From Albugo candida (Eukaryota), in the NCBI GenBank assembly GCA_040437565.1, contig JBDOQK010000054.1, forward strand, positions 1 through 64,000: a stretch of 64,000 bases of DNA, in the 5' to 3' direction. The translations under genes and the position numbers were made by a program. Shown piece by piece: positions 63,091 through 64,000 of the stretch. The notes beneath the pieces are model-generated. The model was given only the letters and a program-made list of their open reading frames with translations, was not told the DNA's origin and did no database searches. The number at the start of each line of letters is the position of its first letter. Position 1 is the stretch's first letter.

Positions 63091-64000
63091 CGATTTCTTA
63101 ATTGGAGAAAGTGCAGCACACGCTAACGCCCGCTGCAGTCTCAGAAGCCGTGGATGACAGCCGCTGCTAACGGGTTACGAGTAAGGTTCGTGTGCGTCTG
63201 TCGATCGGAGCAGTGCACATGATCTCTATTGGAATAAATCGTGTATGGTGAGTGTGATCATCAATCAATCCACGCGTAAGTAATAGTCTTTTTAATCAAA
63301 TAAAAATTCTATATTTATTTCCATCCAAATTCCACCACTTCTATAACGCCGGCTCTATAACACGCAATCTGATTGCATGAATGTCTGGAGGCCTTCTGGT
63401 GGGCCAATTCCAAAGCAACCAAGAGTAATCCGATGTTAAAACATTGGTAATCGCGGGAGAGATCTGACACAACGCATTCAGAACGAGTTCCAGCGTTCAT
63501 GGTTACATCACGGCATCTTCGGAAACGTGTCGTTCTACTTTTTTAGGATTACAGTTTTGTCGAGCCTTTCAAATGCTGTCAGTTCGATCTCGTTTCTGAT
63601 TATTTTTTAAATATTCTGTCGATACTATATATTGTGCAATCTGCCTTCGTGTGGGGCAGTGAAGTCGAATAGGCTTTGGAATCCGCATATATAATGTGTA
63701 ATCGTTCAAACCTGCTGACATTAACATTACAACAAGCTCTAGCTGAAAATATGTGAGCATTGCGCGGAGCCCCCAAAGCGTTAAAGTGAAGTTTATAAGT
63801 AGATGCATGATGACGCTTGTAATTTGAAGGCATGTTGCCGACACAGCTCTCATATATGCTCAAGATTTGAGCTTACCTACTAGATCAGATCTATCTTCCT
63901 AACGTACGGCGGCTTCATGAGAGAAAGTTTGGAGCAAATGGACAATGAAATTTATCTCGACAATCTATCATCATTGACACAAAGTACTGGACGCTGTAGT

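Overview
Eukaryotic genomic scaffold with 100-N gaps, almost certainly oomycete. The evidence is GT-AG introns of about 50-65 nt, INR/FPR-like core promoters, a Val-type bZIP and oomycete/stramenopile-specific families. An Albugo-like biotroph is plausible from the AT-rich composition, but this is inference. The window has two compartments. (1) About 1-47.6 kb is gene-sparse. It holds a degenerate copia LTR element (half-tRNA primer site, TA-starting LTRs), a MULE with TIRs carrying a nested LINE with a 15-bp TSD, a chromovirus-type gypsy remnant and an IS630/Tc1-like DDE transposon. It also holds pseudogenes (ZMYND12-like, glyoxalase II, tryptophan synthase beta, a secreted HAD hydrolase) and one intact secreted effector-like ORF. 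(2) About 47.8-61 kb is a compact block of apparently intact genes: HTATSF1/CUS2, CENP-S/MHF1, bZIP, a large unknown gene, MPPE1, an unknown gene and a tandem Myb-like-domain protein. A decayed oomycete-specific Cys-rich gene follows. Four exact duplications beside gaps are assembly artefacts. All homology calls come from motif recognition by eye; no database search was run. I found no clearly new multi-gene system. The best leads are the secreted HAD-fold gene, the CCG-like secreted ORF, the tandem Myb-like protein and the unusual copia termini.
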